From NCBI GenBank assembly GCA_963745835.1, contig CAVUZH010000018.1, positions 96,001 to 160,000 on the forward strand: a stretch of 64,000 nucleotides of DNA, written 5' to 3'. A model generated the notes under the pieces. That model had not been told where the DNA came from, ran no database searches, and worked only from the letters and a program-made list of their open reading frames with translations. Positions 63,440 through 64,000 of this stretch are shown one piece after another. The position numbers were made by a program, and so were the translations under genes. The DNA is from an uncultured delta proteobacterium. GTDB taxonomy: Bacteria; Desulfobacterota; Binatia; UBA9968. The first letter of the stretch is position 1, and each line of letters starts with the position of its first letter.

Positions 63440-64000
63440 CTACTTCGTTCTGCTGTCCGACTGCAACCCGGCAGCTACTGCGGTCGCTCGAGGTTCGTCC
63501 ACTTGTACGCCCGCGGAAGCGGCCATTGATCGCAGCTCATCTTCGGCCGCTCCGAAGGGAAGCGCCATCGAAGGAGGCTGCGCGTCCGCCACCGCCTCTT
63601 GTCCGATCACCTGTCCATTCTTGAACGTGTAGCGCGCGCTGATCGTGCCACGAGAATGCTGGTCCTCGAGCTGCTCGACACGTTCGCCGTTCTCGAATGT
63701 AACCCAAACATCGACACGCCGGTCTCGGTTGGTATCACCTTCCTGCCGCTTGATCTGTCCATCGGCATAGAAGATGCGTAGATCGAAAATACCGTCTGCA
63801 TCGGTGTCTCGTTCTTCGCGCACTATTTGATCATTCTCGAAGACGTAAACCGCGTCCCATTTTCCTGAGCCCTTGGTGTCCCTTAAACGTTTGGTCAATT
63901 TCCCGTGAGCAAACGTTTCTATGATATCCATTCGTTGCCGCCCCATAGTATCTTCCTCCCGGCGTACAACGGTTTCGTTTTGAAAATAAACAATCCGGCT
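63440..64000 (-). CDS. DxxxDGxxD repeat protein (5' part outside the window)
   Basis: Frame open to the window edge (SRIVYFQNETVVRREEDT...); repeats DTKGSGKWD, DTDADGIFD, DTNRDRRVDVW with ~22-aa period. Confidence 0.8.
   Translation of the reverse strand, partial: SRIVYFQNETVVRREEDTMGRQRMDIIETFAHGKLTKRLRDTKGSGKWDAVYVFENDQIVREERDTDADGIFDLRIFYADGQIKRQEGDTNRDRRVDVWVTFENGERVEQLEDQHSRGTISARYTFKNGQVIGQEAVADAQPPSMALPFGAAEDELRSMAASAGVQVDEPRATAVAAGLQSDSRTK

Noticed and set aside
1-64000. CRISPR arrays, rRNA, integrase/transposase and the many antisense ORFs in the track
   Set aside because: No regularly spaced DNA repeats or mobile-element motifs seen; antisense ORFs overlap well-supported genes and lack motifs

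Overview
Bacterial chromosomal window with a deltaproteobacteria-like gene repertoire. The UbiD, class II aldolase, cysteine hydrolases and orphan ABC substrate-binding protein suggest Candidatus Binatia, but this is inference only. The core content is ileS-lspA, moaA, a 2-oxoacid:ferredoxin oxidoreductase pair, clpS-clpA, tRNA-Pro(CGG), priA-def-fmt-rsmB-rpe, pilMNOPQ, a minor-pilin cluster and aroC-K-B-Q, plus several two-component genes and four sigma54-type promoter motifs. Many genes after ~27.7 kb, including housekeeping ones, carry single-base frameshifts that look like long-read indel errors. Two regions stand out. (1) A ~10 kb accessory block (28.3-38.3 kb) downstream of tRNA-Pro encodes an APS-kinase domain, a histidine-phosphatase-like protein, a P-loop kinase, a PAPS sulfotransferase and an arylsulfotransferase-like propeller. 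The phosphatase-like protein and the kinase share an unexplained 34-aa N-terminal peptide that is conserved at the protein level. (2) An ExbB/ExbD/TonB motor operon carries DxNGDGxxD-repeat proteins and converges on a secreted VWA protein, reminiscent of myxobacterial Agl-Glt/CglB parts. No CRISPR array, rRNA, integrase or transposase was seen.
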